From Zygnema circumcarinatum SAG 698-1b (Eukaryota > Plantae > Zygnematophyceae), in contig CM074808.1 in NCBI GenBank assembly GCA_037447605.1, positions 1,674,001 through 1,738,000 of the forward strand: DNA of 64,000 nucleotides. The letters are read 5' to 3'. Positions within the stretch are counted from its first letter, which is position 1; every line of letters starts with the position of its first letter. Under the pieces are notes generated by a model that was given only the letters and a program-made list of their open reading frames with translations, did not search any database and was not told where the DNA came from. This document shows positions 40,423 to 53,460 of the stretch, piece by piece. The translations under genes and the position numbers were made by a program.

Positions 40423-42976
40423 ATGGCGAGTGGACGAGTAAGGAGGTCGAGGCGCTTGAAAGATGACCCGCTTCCGCAGGCTCTGCAGGCTGAGGGAGCA
40501 GGCGAGGTTGAGGAGAATAAGGTCTGCAAGGTGACACTGGGGGGGAAAGAGGCTGGGGGTATGAGGAGAGGAAGAAGGTCGAGAATAGGGCAAAGGGAAA
40601 TCACCTGAAGATGCTGCGAATAGGCACTTAGGTCACGAAAAATTGCTTGTTGATTTTTTTTGCTGAAGCTCTGGGTATGTGCGTACAGATGAATATCGTG
40701 CATACGAAAAACCTGGAGCAACTTCAATTTCAACTGGAGAGGGAACGTTGCGAAAGCGGAAGTTTGAGGCAGCAGTTGCTGGTAGAATCGAACGCAAAAG
40801 GTGAATACATGACCTGTAAAAGCCTATCTTATTCTGTTAAAATGAAATTTATTTGCTATGCCACTGTGGATGAAGAAAATACCTAAGTCGGGTAAAATCT
40901 TTCCTCTTGTCGCTCTTACTCGTTTATTTTGCCGTATGCTCCGTTCTCCCGATTTCATGATTGGTATTTTCCTTGAAAGCATGATGCTAACCATGATTTT
41001 GAGTCAACATGCTGCCCACAATTGCCCGTCTCTGTTGTAAGGATATGGACTGATTAAATGCTGCTGTTTGGCCATCGGCGATCGGCGTTAATCGCATTGG
41101 TACAGAAAATTCTCGAAGAATGGTGGAGGGAATGGCTTCGTTGCTCAAATGTGAGAGTATCAGAGAAGAACCGAACGTTGATGTTAAGATTGCTGCAATC
41201 CCAGCGAAAAATGGACAAAAAATGGCTTCAACAGAAGCTTTGAAAGCGGACTATGAACAGAAGCTGGCTACTTTGAATACAGAATTGCTGAAGGTTCAAG
41301 CAGAGAATACACAGCTGAAAGAGACCGAAAGAACACTTAAAGGTGAGACGCACCACTTATCTTCAAAGTCAGCTTGAACATAATATGCTACTTCAAGCAC
41401 AATTGAGTGAGCGTTGACGTTAATGTGCTTTCGGATAGCCAACAAGAGTTAACGGGCAGATTCGCAAGTAAATCAAAGTGGAGGCTTTTCATTTTTTCTC
41501 TCGTCGTTGTCGGTTATCTGAATTAGTAGCTTTCTTGTTTGTGAGGTTTCGACAGTTGAGCAGCAGAGAAGTAACGAGATTAATTTATCACTCGTTCAAC
41601 AAAACGACACACTCAAACGAATATGCAAGGAACTGGATGAGCTTTATCAAGCAGCTGTGAATAAGGTGGAGAAAACGTCAAGAGATGTTCAAGAAAGGGA
41701 TGCGAGAAAAATGGAAAGCATTGATACAATTATGCCCGCCAGTAACAACAGACCAATCACATGCAGAGAGGTAAGTGCAAAGCAAGAAGGAAGATATTAA
41801 TTTTGTAACGTTAATCAGCATTCCGTTCTGGGATGTTCAGAACCATCTCATTGATTTGTATAAAGTATGAGTTCCTTGCGCTTTTTCAGCTTCCAGCGTA
41901 CATGGTCTCCTCAACTTTTTCTGATTGAGTAGAAGATGTTGATGGTTGCTTCACGGAAGGTCATTCAACTTGCATCGGTTGCTATGTTTATTGGAGAGAC
42001 TGTATGATTGATCCCTTTGACTAGGTCCCCTATTCTAGGCTTGGCTGGTCTATTTGTTAACAAGACTTTTTGGTCTTCAAAGTCGTGATCAAGCGGATGC
42101 ATTCAGTGCTTCTCTGTCATCACATGAATTCTTATCAAGTGTGTACTGAATATATCGACGACATGTCCCTTCGATTAATAAATCTGTGCACTCCTTGTAG
42201 ACGGGGATACAGTCTTTTTTAGGTGATTGGGTGCCTTAATTCTGTTTTGCTTGTCCCATTTTTGCTTGTTTGCAGGAGCAGCGGAAATTAGATCCACCGA
42301 CTATGCAGCAGGCAGCTATGATGCAATCACCTGAGCTAAATGGCCAATCACAATCATCGTCGGTTATTGATGAAGGAATGGACAAAAGAAAGTCGAAGGA
42401 TGTTGCTAAACAACGCAGCAAGGCAAACCCAAAAGAGAAGACAAACGAAAACATTGACATGCTACAAGGTCAGCTGCGGAGATCCAAGCGAGTCGCAACT
42501 GTGAAGGTGGCGGTTGACGAAGATAAGGTACGGAAAACCTCTTGCAGAGGTCAACTTGGTTAGCAATTGGCGGGCATTTCTTCTTCACTCCTGAGCCTTG
42601 CATCTGTATGAATCACTGACGTGAAGCAAACTAGGTCAAGGATTGGACATGAACATACAGTGGATGAAACAGCATCATCACCGTGTGACGCATGTCACAT
42701 GTGCAGGAAAACAGAACGCCCCTTCAGCCCCGGGATAACCTGAAGCCTCCATCGGAAGAGAGGCAGAAGCCCTCACTTTCAAAGACCAAGTCATCAAAAG
42801 CCGCAAGCAATGCTTCTAGGAGAGGGGTGAAGAGGACCCTGCCGCCCTCTCAGACTCTTGAGGAAGACTTGTTGGTGGAATCACCCCCTCTTAAGCAGGC
42901 TAAGGGGATTGCGGGCTTATTCGCTAATGCGTTTCGAGTGCCAAAAACAAAGAGCACCCCTACGAGCGTGGAGTGA
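40423..42976 (+). CDS. Uncharacterised ~394-aa coiled-coil protein with KEN boxes and a D-box (candidate APC/C substrate)
   Basis: Exons 40423-40521, 40689-40800, 41106-41342, 41556-41770, 42276-42527 and 42707-42976 form one open frame with canonical GT-AG sites. Heptad-rich N-terminal half and basic disordered tail. Divergent from GluRS. Confidence 0.7.
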
Positions 42977-43493
42977 GGTCCTAGGGACGATTCAATACGA
43001 CAAAGCGCAAAGCTATTTAAGGTTTATTTATTTATTTATGGTTAATGCCGTGCTCCAGCCGAGGAAGGATTGTACTCAAATAATCAGCTTACTAGCTTTT
43101 CGACATTTTTTGTTTCTGAAGTCCCCTAATTTCATACAGTTAGGATGTCGATTGACACAGGAGGATGTTGACTTTACATTCATCTTGTATCCAATAAACA
43201 AGATTAGAGTCCCCAATGCTATCCTTTACAAACCTATTTATCTCGTATTCCGAAGTCCCTCATTTCAATCGTAATCACAGCCTTTGTTTTCATGAGTTCA
43301 GCGAGGGGAGTGAGCTTCCATGGAAACCCTAATCGTAGCTTAAGCTGCTTAGAGCAGTGCATTCCGCGGAGGCAGACTGAAAGGAAGAACTGACAAAAGG
43401 AGCCAATCTCCTTGAGGCCGGCACTGGGTTGCTGACAAGCCAGATTATTTTATGAATTGCATTGATTTTCTAATGCATTTGTTGGGTTCTACG

Positions 43494-43920
43494 GCTAGGG
43501 TTTTGGGCGGAAGGGTTTAGGGTTTATGCTTGAAGGTTCGGAAGTTAAGGGTTTTAAGGTTTATGATTTAGGGTTCGGGTTCAGGGTGTTAAGGGTTTGT
43601 GGTCGAGGCTTATAAGGTTTAGTCTTAGGGTCCGGGTTTAGGGTTCAGGATTTTGACTAAGGAGTTAAGGTTCTAGGGTTAGGGATTAGGGTTTAGGTTC
43701 AGGGTTTAAGGTTTGTGTTTTGGGCATTGCGGTTAGTGTTTATTTCTAGGTTTAAGGTTCAAGGGGGTTGGGTTGAGGGTTTAACGGTTTAGGATTAGGA
43801 TTTGTAGGGGGGCTTAGGGTTTAGAATTTTAGGGTTAGAACTTTCGAATTTTGCAATGAGGGTTTAAGGTTTTCGCCAGTTTTTAAGGTTCAGGGTTTAA
43901 GGTTGTAGGGAGGGGTTAGA
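43494..43920. repeat. Degenerate interstitial telomere-like (TTTAGGG)n array
   Basis: Dozens of TTTAGGG/TTAAGG/TTCAGGG variants. Confidence 0.85.
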
Positions 43921-44351
43921 GAACCCAATGCGCACCGCCGGAGCTAGCCAACAAGACAAAAACCGTACAATTTGGTGTCGTATGCGGGGCGGTCTCCTGC
44001 AAGTGGCGAAACGAAAAGGGCGGTTGTCGCGATGTTTTGGCCAAACAAAAAGTGAGAAAAAAAAAAAAAAAAAAAAAAGGGGGATCTGTGTAAGTGCGTT
44101 CGTTTGACACGACCGTAACTGGAAGCATAGAAACGGCCTTTCCCGCGTGCCCAACTGTACGGCAGCAAGGAACGGTCACAGACTAACAGTACAGTACTGT
44201 ACTGTACAGTACTGTTCTGTACAGTACGAACATGTACAACTGCGTACTGTATGAAAGTGTACGAAAGTGTACGGAAGGTCGCCCTCTTTTGCCGCGATCA
44301 CATGGAAGCAGGTGGGTGGGCGGGTGGGTTTTAGGGTTTGAGGGCGCAGCC

Positions 44352-46774
44352 ATGGCCATGGCGGAAGAAGGTGCGGGCCTGCGCGCGCATCCCAAGTGCG
44401 TGAACGCCTCCAACCCCTATCACGAGTGCTCAGACTATTGTTTTCGCAAAATTGCGCAGCTGGAGGGGGAGGGCGCGGATGCTGGAGTCGCAGAACAGGC
44501 CGAAGGTGTGCTTGGCGATTCTGTTATCACGTGCAACTGTATTTGCGAAGGGAGTGAAGTAGTCTAAAAGAACTATCTTTTTGATTTTATTTTTCATTCA
44601 GCAAAGGATTTTGCAGTTCAGGTGGTCGGAAACACCGGTAAGAAGCCTGGCATGAGAGTTGAATTGCTTTTCATTGCAGGTACAGTGAAGATATTGGTAA
44701 TAAAAATTTCCTTATGCTTTTGTGGTTTCGGCGCAATTTTCTCTCGCAGATGCTTCTACTCTGGAACTCGCATCCCTTCCAACTGCCTTCGGTCGTCAGC
44801 CATCTGGCAATCGGAAGAAGGATGCTGCAGATGAAGCCGTTACCCAGGCAACGTTTATTACTGTGGGTAATATTGAAGAGAATCCTCCGGAGGAAGTGAC
44901 TCTAAATGAAACTGTAGAGGAAGTGGCGGCAGAGGAGGAAATTCCAGCTGATTACACGGGTTTAAGCGACAGGCAGAAGAAGCTCTTCGATCTGAGGCTG
45001 AAGCTGGTGAGATTAGGTCCTCGACTGTATGCTTTGACTTTGCTTTCTTGTGTGAAACATAATGTAAACATAACAGCAGAGATTTGTGCATGGGCGTGGG
45101 CGTGCTGTCGTGCCATTTCTTAATCTCTGTCCAATACTCTTTAAACTGGAAGTGGATGCTTACAGGTGATGGTTTATATTCATTCAGTGTCAATTTGGAT
45201 CTTAGAAGTCAATTTTGCCTGAGTACGTGGATCCAACGTGTGGATTTTGCGCATAGGAAACCTGGCTGTGCAATCTGCAGTGTTGCGGCCGTCCTGTCTA
45301 TTGGAGGCCATGCAGTCATACGATTCTCAGCCTTAGTTGTTTAATGATAATAAATTACCCGGCGTACCTTGTTTTCTTAAGACCGTTCTGTTTGACAACG
45401 CATTGAATGAAGATGTACTTAGCATAAACGTCCTTGTCTGAAACTGTTTTGTGCTGGATCAGAATCAAGCTCGGAAAGCCAACCAGGGCGCTGTTGTTGC
45501 TGAAAGGAAGCGTGAAAACGAACCTGACGAACCACGAGGAATGTCGAAACAGAAGTGGTTTGAGGAAAAGAAAAGGCGGATAGGAAGGCAACTTGAAGCA
45601 AGTAATTTGGACATGACTCAAGCCTTCATGCTGGACACTCAAGAAGAAGCTGAGGCCAAGTACAAAAAGTGGGAGGAGAAGGACGCTCCTTTTGGTTGGG
45701 ATGGTAAGTTCCTTGCAAAGATAAGCTATTGCATTTGAAGCTTGGTTCCCACCTTGAGTGTTTAGCAACATATTTGGCATGCGTTGCAGTTTTGTCTCCA
45801 GAAGTTTGTAAAGAATTATGCTGTCTTCGTCCCACTCCACTCACAAGGAAGAGTTTAGTTCTTGCCAAGCCTTGTGTAGTCAATAGTCAAGGTGGAGTGC
45901 TACAGATGTATTGCCTGTCTGAATGTCTGGTAGTAAAAGTGCTGTCAGCTCTTCATTTAACTGCCAGGAAATGTTGGTGGCTTACATTTTTTCTCAGAGC
46001 TGCTCCATGGTATTTTTAGACAACTGCTCCATTGTTGTAGCGATGGAGCGTGTGTTGTTTTTATCACGAAAGTGATTCGATGCACTATTTGCAACCCATG
46101 CATTTGTTTGGCAGTCAGGCTGAATGGCTGGGTGTGAATTTATCTTCGCCTTTTGCAGCCATCCTTGTATTGCAGAAGTTGACATAACACATGAGTATGA
46201 AATTTGACCTTGCAGTGTTCAACCAAAAATCGCTTTACAAAGCCTATGAGAAGCGGACAAAGAACATTCCAACCACGATGGAGGAGTACAGCAAGGCAAA
46301 AGCGGCTGATCCTGAGTTTTACAGGGACAGCGCAAGCTTGGCTTATGGAAAAGTAAACACTTTTTTCTTCTACCTGCACTCCATATTATCAGAAAGTATT
46401 TGTTCGGAGAGTCTGCATTTTTTCTGAAGGGAGTCGTCTTTCATCAGACATGTTAAGCTTTTAGAAGCCCAACTATGATGAAGTTCTTTCTCGGCTCATG
46501 GGAAAATCTTTTGACACCCCCCCCTCACCCCCCCCTTTTTACGCAGCCTGTAAATGATACTCCAGAGAATGTTGATCGAATGGTTCGGGAGTTAGAGGAA
46601 CGGTCGTTGAAGCGCAAAGACTTTAGCCGCCGAAGACGTTATCACGAAGAAAAAGACATCGATTCCATCAATGACCGTAATGAGCACTTCAACAGGAAAA
46701 TTGAGCGGGCTTTTGGCAAATATACTGTCGAGATTAAAAACAATTTGGAGCGAGGAACTGCGCTTCCTGATTAG
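44352..46774 (+). CDS. SYF2: Pre-mRNA splicing factor SYF2 (plant type)
   Basis: Exons 44352-44505, 44750-45006, 45463-45703, 46216-46352 and 46547-46774. Plant N-terminal [19 protein letters not shown], then [15 protein letters not shown] and [39 protein letters not shown]. Confidence 0.95.
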
Positions 46775-49127
46775 GTATGAGAGATGGGAAGACCCGTTCA
46801 GTGTCAGCAGCTTATGAGCCTCCCGCACTGCAGAAGAATAACAGTTAGCTGAGAAAGCACATAGGGCACTTGAACTGCAGACAAGTTGAATCGCGTTCAG
46901 ACATGAAGGGCTGCTGCTCTGAAGTGGCTGCTTTAACGTAGAACCGTGTCTATGGATATTTTTTTTTGGTGATTGAGTCTGCTGCAATTTGGAATAGCTC
47001 GACTTCGTGTAGCAGGGCAAGGGCCAAGCTAGATAAAGCGACAGGATTGAAGAGGTTGAAATTCACTGAACGGGTTCGAACTGGTTCAGACTCGCCTTGT
47101 CTCCACGGGGGCAAATAGGGCAACATGTGTATAGAGATTTGGGAGCTTGATGGTTGACGACACAGAATGCTATCAGCTCATGATTTTGGATGGATTAGGC
47201 GGAGAGAGTTGCTGTGAGAAGTTCAGTTTTTAGGTAGCAATTAAGCATCCGAAGCAGCTAAGAGGTTCACAGTACTGCTCGCACAAGTCTTCTTTGGAGG
47301 CGATGGTCTGCGAATGGAGACCATTTTCTGTTGTTTTCTTACGGTGAGTCTAAATCTGAACACTCTTTATGCGTGGAGGTTTTCATTTTGCACATTGTGA
47401 CATCTCATATGTTGTTGAAGTCAACGAGTGGTGTCTACGGTCAGTCGTCCTTAGTGGTTTGTATGCGCCAGCTGGCCGAGCGTTCGCTTTCTGAGCAGTG
47501 AAGCAGCGTGGTATTCCGCGGGAAAAGGTATTGCGGCACACCTCTGGTGTGATTGGCGCAGAGTGCCGGGCAGCCATGGCTACTCCACAGTTGGTTTTTT
47601 GCTGTGGGGTGAATGGTGTCCTACATGTAGCAAGGTCTATAAGTTCCTTGTCAGTTGTGCCTCGTGAGCTCGACTAGGTTGTCAATGGATTTGGGAGAGT
47701 GTTGCGACATGCTGTGCGAAGATCAATTGGCGATCATTTTAAGGGTTTTTTTGTTTTCGTTTGTGTAACGGCTTTGGAAGTATCTTATTGCACACTGCAT
47801 GCCATTCGTCAGTGTTTCTGTGGATTCGTACTGTTGGGTGGAACTTTGTTTCAAGGCAGGTTGTGTTTCAGAAGTGGTTTGGGCAGAGGAAAAACCTGAA
47901 AGAAGGATCTGAAGGAGCTGCTAGACATCTGCAGGTGCAGTCTCTATTGGGGCGGCCATGGATGGTTCTACAACATGTTTCAGTGCTTCTCTGTCCGGGC
48001 CAGCTGTGAGTTTGGCCAGCGGAACAGCATTGAGGCTGAGCGGGAGTTGAGGAGTACAGCGTAGTCAGCTTCCTGCAAGAGGTCTTGATGTACGGTTTGC
48101 TTGAGCCATGTGAGTTAAAAATGACGCCGAGAATGTGTACAGGAGTCGTACGTGGAATAGCGTTTTTTCGAGGTCTCGTTTTAGGATTTTATACAAGTCG
48201 TTTGGTTGTTCTTTTATGGCTTTTTTTGAAAGCCATGCATGCGCTCTTGCGTAGTGCTGTGCTCAGCGGATTTTCAGTGAGATATGAGTGCCAACATTTG
48301 CTCATGCGCATGGCCTCATTTGTCTGAGTGAATGTTCTCCTGTTCCGAGAAAGAATAGACATTTTTTGCTTTGCAGGTGCATGCTCTTGGCACTGTTGGA
48401 TTCGGTCTGCATAGACTGAAAATATGGCCGAGAACGGCTGTCAAGTGCCACACTGTTTGGAGCACAGCCATTGTGCAGCGCAGGAGGCTGTGTGGTTCAT
48501 GCACAACGCTAATGCAGGTTCTTGAGAGATCCTACTCTCTGCACGCTCTTGCTGGACCGTAGAGAAAATGGTTGGATATATCTGCAGGTCTGCCTTCCCG
48601 ATAAGAGCACGTGAGACGAAACCATGGCAACTTCGGGAATCTGTCCATCTCAAAAGGCAGGTCGGCAGTTTCCGCTGCGGTGTAATTTGGTTAAGGTTGT
48701 TTTCCTATTCCTCTATCGTGCTTTCTCCATTTTTTAACTTGATTCAAAGTGAAATACCCTGTAAACAGTGCCCGTGTTACAGGTTCACAACCCTTGGTAG
48801 CTCAAACGATAAGCATAAAAGTTTGTGCAACGTAGAAGTGTGGCAGGTGAGGTCACACCTCGATCACACTCGACAGTACTCGGACTTACGATATTTAACA
48901 ATATAATTTACAAAACGATATTTTACCATATATCGCCCACCCACTTGTATCGATGACACTTACAAGTCGACCGAGCCAGATCATCGTCAAGTATCGCCAC
49001 GCGATACATCTCCAAATGTCGCATCGAAAAATATCCCGGAAATTCGATATACCGCATGCCATGTGGCAGAAGCCAGGCCTGCCGGTTGGCACTGCAACGA
49101 CCCATGTTGTAACTGGAGGATGAGGGT

Positions 49128-49220
49128 CTAAGCCCTAAACCCTAAAACCCGAATCCCTAAACCGCCACCCCTGAACCCTGACCCCCCAACCCTAAACCCT
49201 ACCCCCTGCACCCTAACCCG
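49128..49220. repeat. Degenerate (CCCTAAA)n telomere-like array next to a GC-rich, CGTAC-repeat island
   Basis: CCCTAAACCCTAAAACCC.. repeats; CGTACGTCCGTACGTACG at ~49306-49332. Confidence 0.75.
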
Positions 49221-50319
49221 CACCTGCAAGTCCAGCACGGAGTGCGCGGGGCGGGTGCTCCACAGTTTGAAGGCGCGCAGGAGCCCCCCCCGCCCACGCG
49301 CACGCCGTACGTCCGTACGTACGTCCGTACGCGAGCGAGCGAGCAGGAAGGTCTCAGAGGCTGCCCCGGGCGGGAGCCGCGCAGTAGTCGCCGCGGGGGC
49401 AGAGGGGGGTTGACACGTGTCAAAATTGCGAGAGAGGGAGAGCGAGAAAGAGAGAGGGCACTCGCTGTTCGTCCATGACGGAATCGATCCTCTTCCGCCG
49501 CATCTCCCTCTCACTCTCTCTCATTTCCTCACTCTCACTCTCTCAATTTGAAGCATATATCTCTTCGACCTTTCTCTCGCTCTCTCCCTCGCTTTCTGTC
49601 TCCTGCTCCTTCCCTTCCCACTCTCACGACCTCTCCCATTTTCTGCCACTGTACTTCCCCTCCTTCGAGTTCCTTCATGCATTCAGTTTGCGGGGCGCAA
49701 AGCTCAAAATATTTACAATTTGGGCGGCGGTGATAGTAGCGGAACTTCTTAGCTTCTTAACTTTTTAACTTCGTAGCTCGCTACGAGTAGCAAAATTCTG
49801 CTTTTTTTTAGCTCGAGGCTTGTCCTTGCTTCGTCAAACAGTAGAGTATAATTTGAAGTAGAGTAGAGTAAGACAACAAAATGGCATTTTTCTTTAAATA
49901 AGTAGAAATCAAGTTTATTTCGGTTCAATCCTTAGAATGGCAATTCTATCGTTTAGGTAATTCAATCATAAATGAATCTTACTCAGATACTAAAAAACTT
50001 GAAAAATTTAACGCTGAATGATCGTTTGCCTCTAAAAAATCAACAAGGAGATTGAAGGGAGAGGTAAATGACGAGAAAGGGAGACAAGACAAGAAAAAAA
50101 AAGAAGAAAAAAAAAATGAAATGAAATAAAGATAGATGAGAAAGAGGAGGAGATATGTGGACGTTTTCTATAGTGTCAAATGTAATTAACATGGCGTCAT
50201 ATATATTGCCCCTTTATAAGAAAACAAATTCGAAATACAAAAAGATGACAAAAAAGAAGAAGGTAAAGATACTTAGTGACTTTTGATTTTTTAAGAAAAA
50301 CAACTTGCATGATAGCGTA

Positions 50320-52379
50320 CATTTCGGAACCTCAAAGCTATGGAGAAGCTTTGAAAGGTGAGGCTCTAAAAAGTGGAGGGTGGCCATTAATAGTGAACTA
50401 AGCAGCCTGGAGAAGAATGGAAAGAGGAGATTAGAGGAACTTCCTAAGAGTAGGAAGACTATTGGTTGCAAATGGGTGTTCAAGGTGAAGCGTAAGGCTG
50501 ACGGGAGTGTGGATCGCTTAGAGGCTAAGTTAGTAGCAAAGAGGTATAGCCAAAAAAAGGGGATAGATTACTCTGAGACTTTTGCACTAGTGTGGTAAAG
50601 TTTAACTCCCTTTGTTCACTCATTTTAATTGTAGTAGTTGAGAAGATGCATGTCCATCAACTTGATATTAAGACTGCATTCCTTTATAGGGATCTTAGTA
50701 AAGAGATCTATATGGAGTAACCGAAGGGTACAATAGTAGTAGGAAAGGAGCACCTCGTATGCAAATTGGTAAAGAGCCTTTACGGGCTTAAGCAGACACC
50801 CCGGATTTAATACCAAAAGATTGATGATCATTTGTAAAGGAGAGAATACAAGCGCTTTCAATCAGACTACTCTGCCTACAACAAAGGTACTTGGAAAGAG
50901 CTATTGTATGTGGGCATTTATGTCAATGATTTGATCATTATAAGTTCTTCAATGCAAAGCATTCAAAGTCTGAAAGACTTGATGAAGAAGAACTTTCAAA
51001 TGTTAGACTTAAATGAGGCCCAATATTTATTAGGAATTAGTCTTCAAGTTCTTGAGGGGGACTGTTGGCTATGGGATCAAGTTTGAAGCAAGGAGTAAAA
51101 GTGAGGTATATTGTTATACGAATGCAAATTAGGGAGGCGACGTAGATACAACAAGATCTACCTTTGGATATGCATTCATGAACAACAAAAGAGTGGTGAC
51201 TTGGAGCTCTAAGCTCTAAGATTCAATAGCATTGTCAAAAATTGAAGCGGAGTACATGGCAGCGTGCCATACAGCCAAGGAAGTAGCTTGGTTGCAACAG
51301 TTCTTTGAAAAGTGTGAGTGGCCTCAAACTCCTTCGCAACTGTTGACAAATAACCAGTCCTCAATGACTTTGATGCAAAATCTAGTCTTTTACAAGAGGT
51401 CTAAGCACATCAGGATTGAGTATCATTTTGTCTGTGAGCTTGTGGTTGAAGGAAGAATGGTTGTAGTTTATGTTGGCACAAACAACCAAGTAGTAGACAT
51501 GCTTACAAAAGGGGTCAATGGAGAGACGTTGTGGAAAAACAACATGCTTGTAGGATTGGGGCCTCAAAAGAACTAAGTACCAAGAGGGGGAATGTTAGTG
51601 TATATTAGTTAGTGGTACATAGTTAGTTAGTGTATGTGTTTGTTTAGGAGTCTAAAAAGGCTAGGCAGTAGAACTAGGGTCGAGCTAAGATCTGGCCAGA
51701 GTCCAAAGGTGTGTTGGAGACACTTAAGGCACGAGTCACGGGAGGCCATCAGAACAAGGGTCCGCAACGGATACGAATGGCCGGCTATGTTGAGACAAAG
51801 TACAAAATGGTGCGCAGCCAACAATGTGTGATGTGATAAGCATGGCATGCATCTAAAGATGCATGATGTGACTAATGTGCAACTAAAGACATGTGACGTG
51901 ATAGGCGTGTAGGCATAGGCGTGTGGCAAGACCAACGCTTAGTGTTTGCTAGCAGGGTTGGTAGCCGCCCATGGCTGTTGCTTTGGGTGAAATATAAATT
52001 GAGTGGGAGAACATTGAGACTTAACTTTGGGTGTAGACTGCAAGAAGCAGTAGGTGAAGCTTCTTGAAATGTGGTGGAGCTTCACAGCTTGAGGGTGGTA
52101 GTCATTAAGTGGAGTAGAGGTGCAGGGGGTGACTCTTGCTACGTGCTTGTATTTCCATTTGAATGTTAAGAGTTTTAGGTCATTGTGCTTTTTCTTAATT
52201 TTTTGTTTTTGTGTTTTATTTTTATTCTTTGCCTGGGGTTGTTTTAAACTTTGTGAGTGAGGTCTTGTTCTTCCGCAAAGGTGGCGTCTCCCAGTCTTAG
52301 GCGTAAAGAGAGTCCTAGGCGTAAAGAAATGTCCTCCTCAGAGGCATCCTCTAACAGGTTTAGGGGCTCCGTTTCAACA
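50320..52379 (+). mobile_element. Decayed Ty1/copia retrotransposon (RT-RNase H remnant, PPT, 3' LTR)
   Basis: IGCKWVFKVK, GIDYSETFA, IYVNDL, EAEYMA and KRSKHIRIEYHFV, with stops and frameshifts. PPT AAGAGGGGGAA at 51582-92. LTR from TGTTAG (51593) to TCAACA (52379). Confidence 0.9.
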
Positions 52380-52766
52380 TGGTCTGCCTGCTTTAGTCCT
52401 GCTCAAGTCTTGCTAAGCCTTGCTCAAGCCTACCAAAAGGGGCCGGCGGCTGCAATTCATTTTTAAAAATTTGGCGGGAAAATTTGGTTTTCTGAGCGCG
52501 CCAGTTGGAAACGCCGGCGCCTCTTAGGGTGGGGTTCCATCAGCGTTTTTTCGCCGACGTGGAGGTACATGCATAGTTCCCCAAAAGCAAAATTTCACTA
52601 ACTTGCTGCAACGCGCCGTTTGCCGTCGATTTCGCTTCGCACGCTCAATGTGCGGTCACGATGCAATGACTTAATCAGTTGTCCGATATGGTGCCAATGT
52701 GGCGCCTGCGTGGCGCCTACGTGGCATGCTCGCAAGTTTGGGCTCTGTGCGTCTGTACACCGTAGC

Positions 52767-53460
52767 TGTCACGTCTGAAAAGCTAGCTTTCTCAGCCGTG
52801 CGCGGAATAGCACTAAGTTCTGCACTCAGAGTCCAGCAAGGAGAGTCAGAGAGAGAGAGAGAGAGAGAGAAGGAGAGCTTCAGAGGATGGCGCAGCCCGG
52901 GGCAAGGGTGCAACCGAATGCCGGTACGTTGGTTGGTTGGCGACGGCCAACCTCGCCCCTATACGCTTCCCCCGTTGAACCTCCTACCAGCATGGAGGAT
53001 TGGAAGCAGGGCTGTCCAGTGGCAACCCGCCACGCGTCCATCTCTGACCCGGATGGGTCAGAGGAGTACAACNNNNNNNNNNCCCGTGGTGTCACGAGAA
53101 AATCCGTAATCAAGTCCATACCCACACTATCCCATTTCCGGAAAGGAGGGGTAAGAGGTTGCAGCTGGCCAGGGATCCTGCCAGTGCGTGGTTTGTTTCG
53201 TTGACAAGTTGGACAAGCGAGTACATACGCTTTCACGTCCCTCGTGAGTCCAGGCCACCAAACTCTCGGAGCAGTGCCTCACGGGTTTTGGCATCTCCCA
53301 TGTGACNNNNNNNNNNTTCGCAAGGTTCGATCCCAGGACCCTTCCTGGTCCTAGGTGGTACCCGACGCCTTGACCACTCGGCCCGCGCCCGGGGTGAGAG
53401 TACTAGGACGGAGTGCGCCCTAAGTACACCTCCCGTGGGTGACTGTAGCGTTTCGCTACA
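52767..53460 (-). mobile_element. Ty3/gypsy LTR retrotransposon with both ends present and the interior collapsed into two N gaps; LTR carries a tRNA-like module
   Basis: TG...CA ends with 5-bp TSD GTAGC (52762-66 and 53461-65). Integrase zinc-binding/core piece CPTCQRNK..GQLQPL..WDSVGMDLIT lies between the gaps. The LTR 3' part matches 60360-60660. Confidence 0.85.

Noticed and set aside
47570-48100. Possible decayed FCP1/HAD-like gene fragment
   Set aside because: Only faint motif resemblance with stops in all frames; not supportable.
53319-53392. Functional tRNA gene
   Set aside because: A/B-box-like motifs are present, but there is no complete cloverleaf or acceptor stem and it is embedded in an LTR.
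53395-53420. GAGAGTACTAGGACGGAGTG resembles the 5S rRNA internal control region (Cassandra-like)
   Set aside because: Only ~10 exact bases and antisense to the LTR; the tRNA-like module explains the LTR better.
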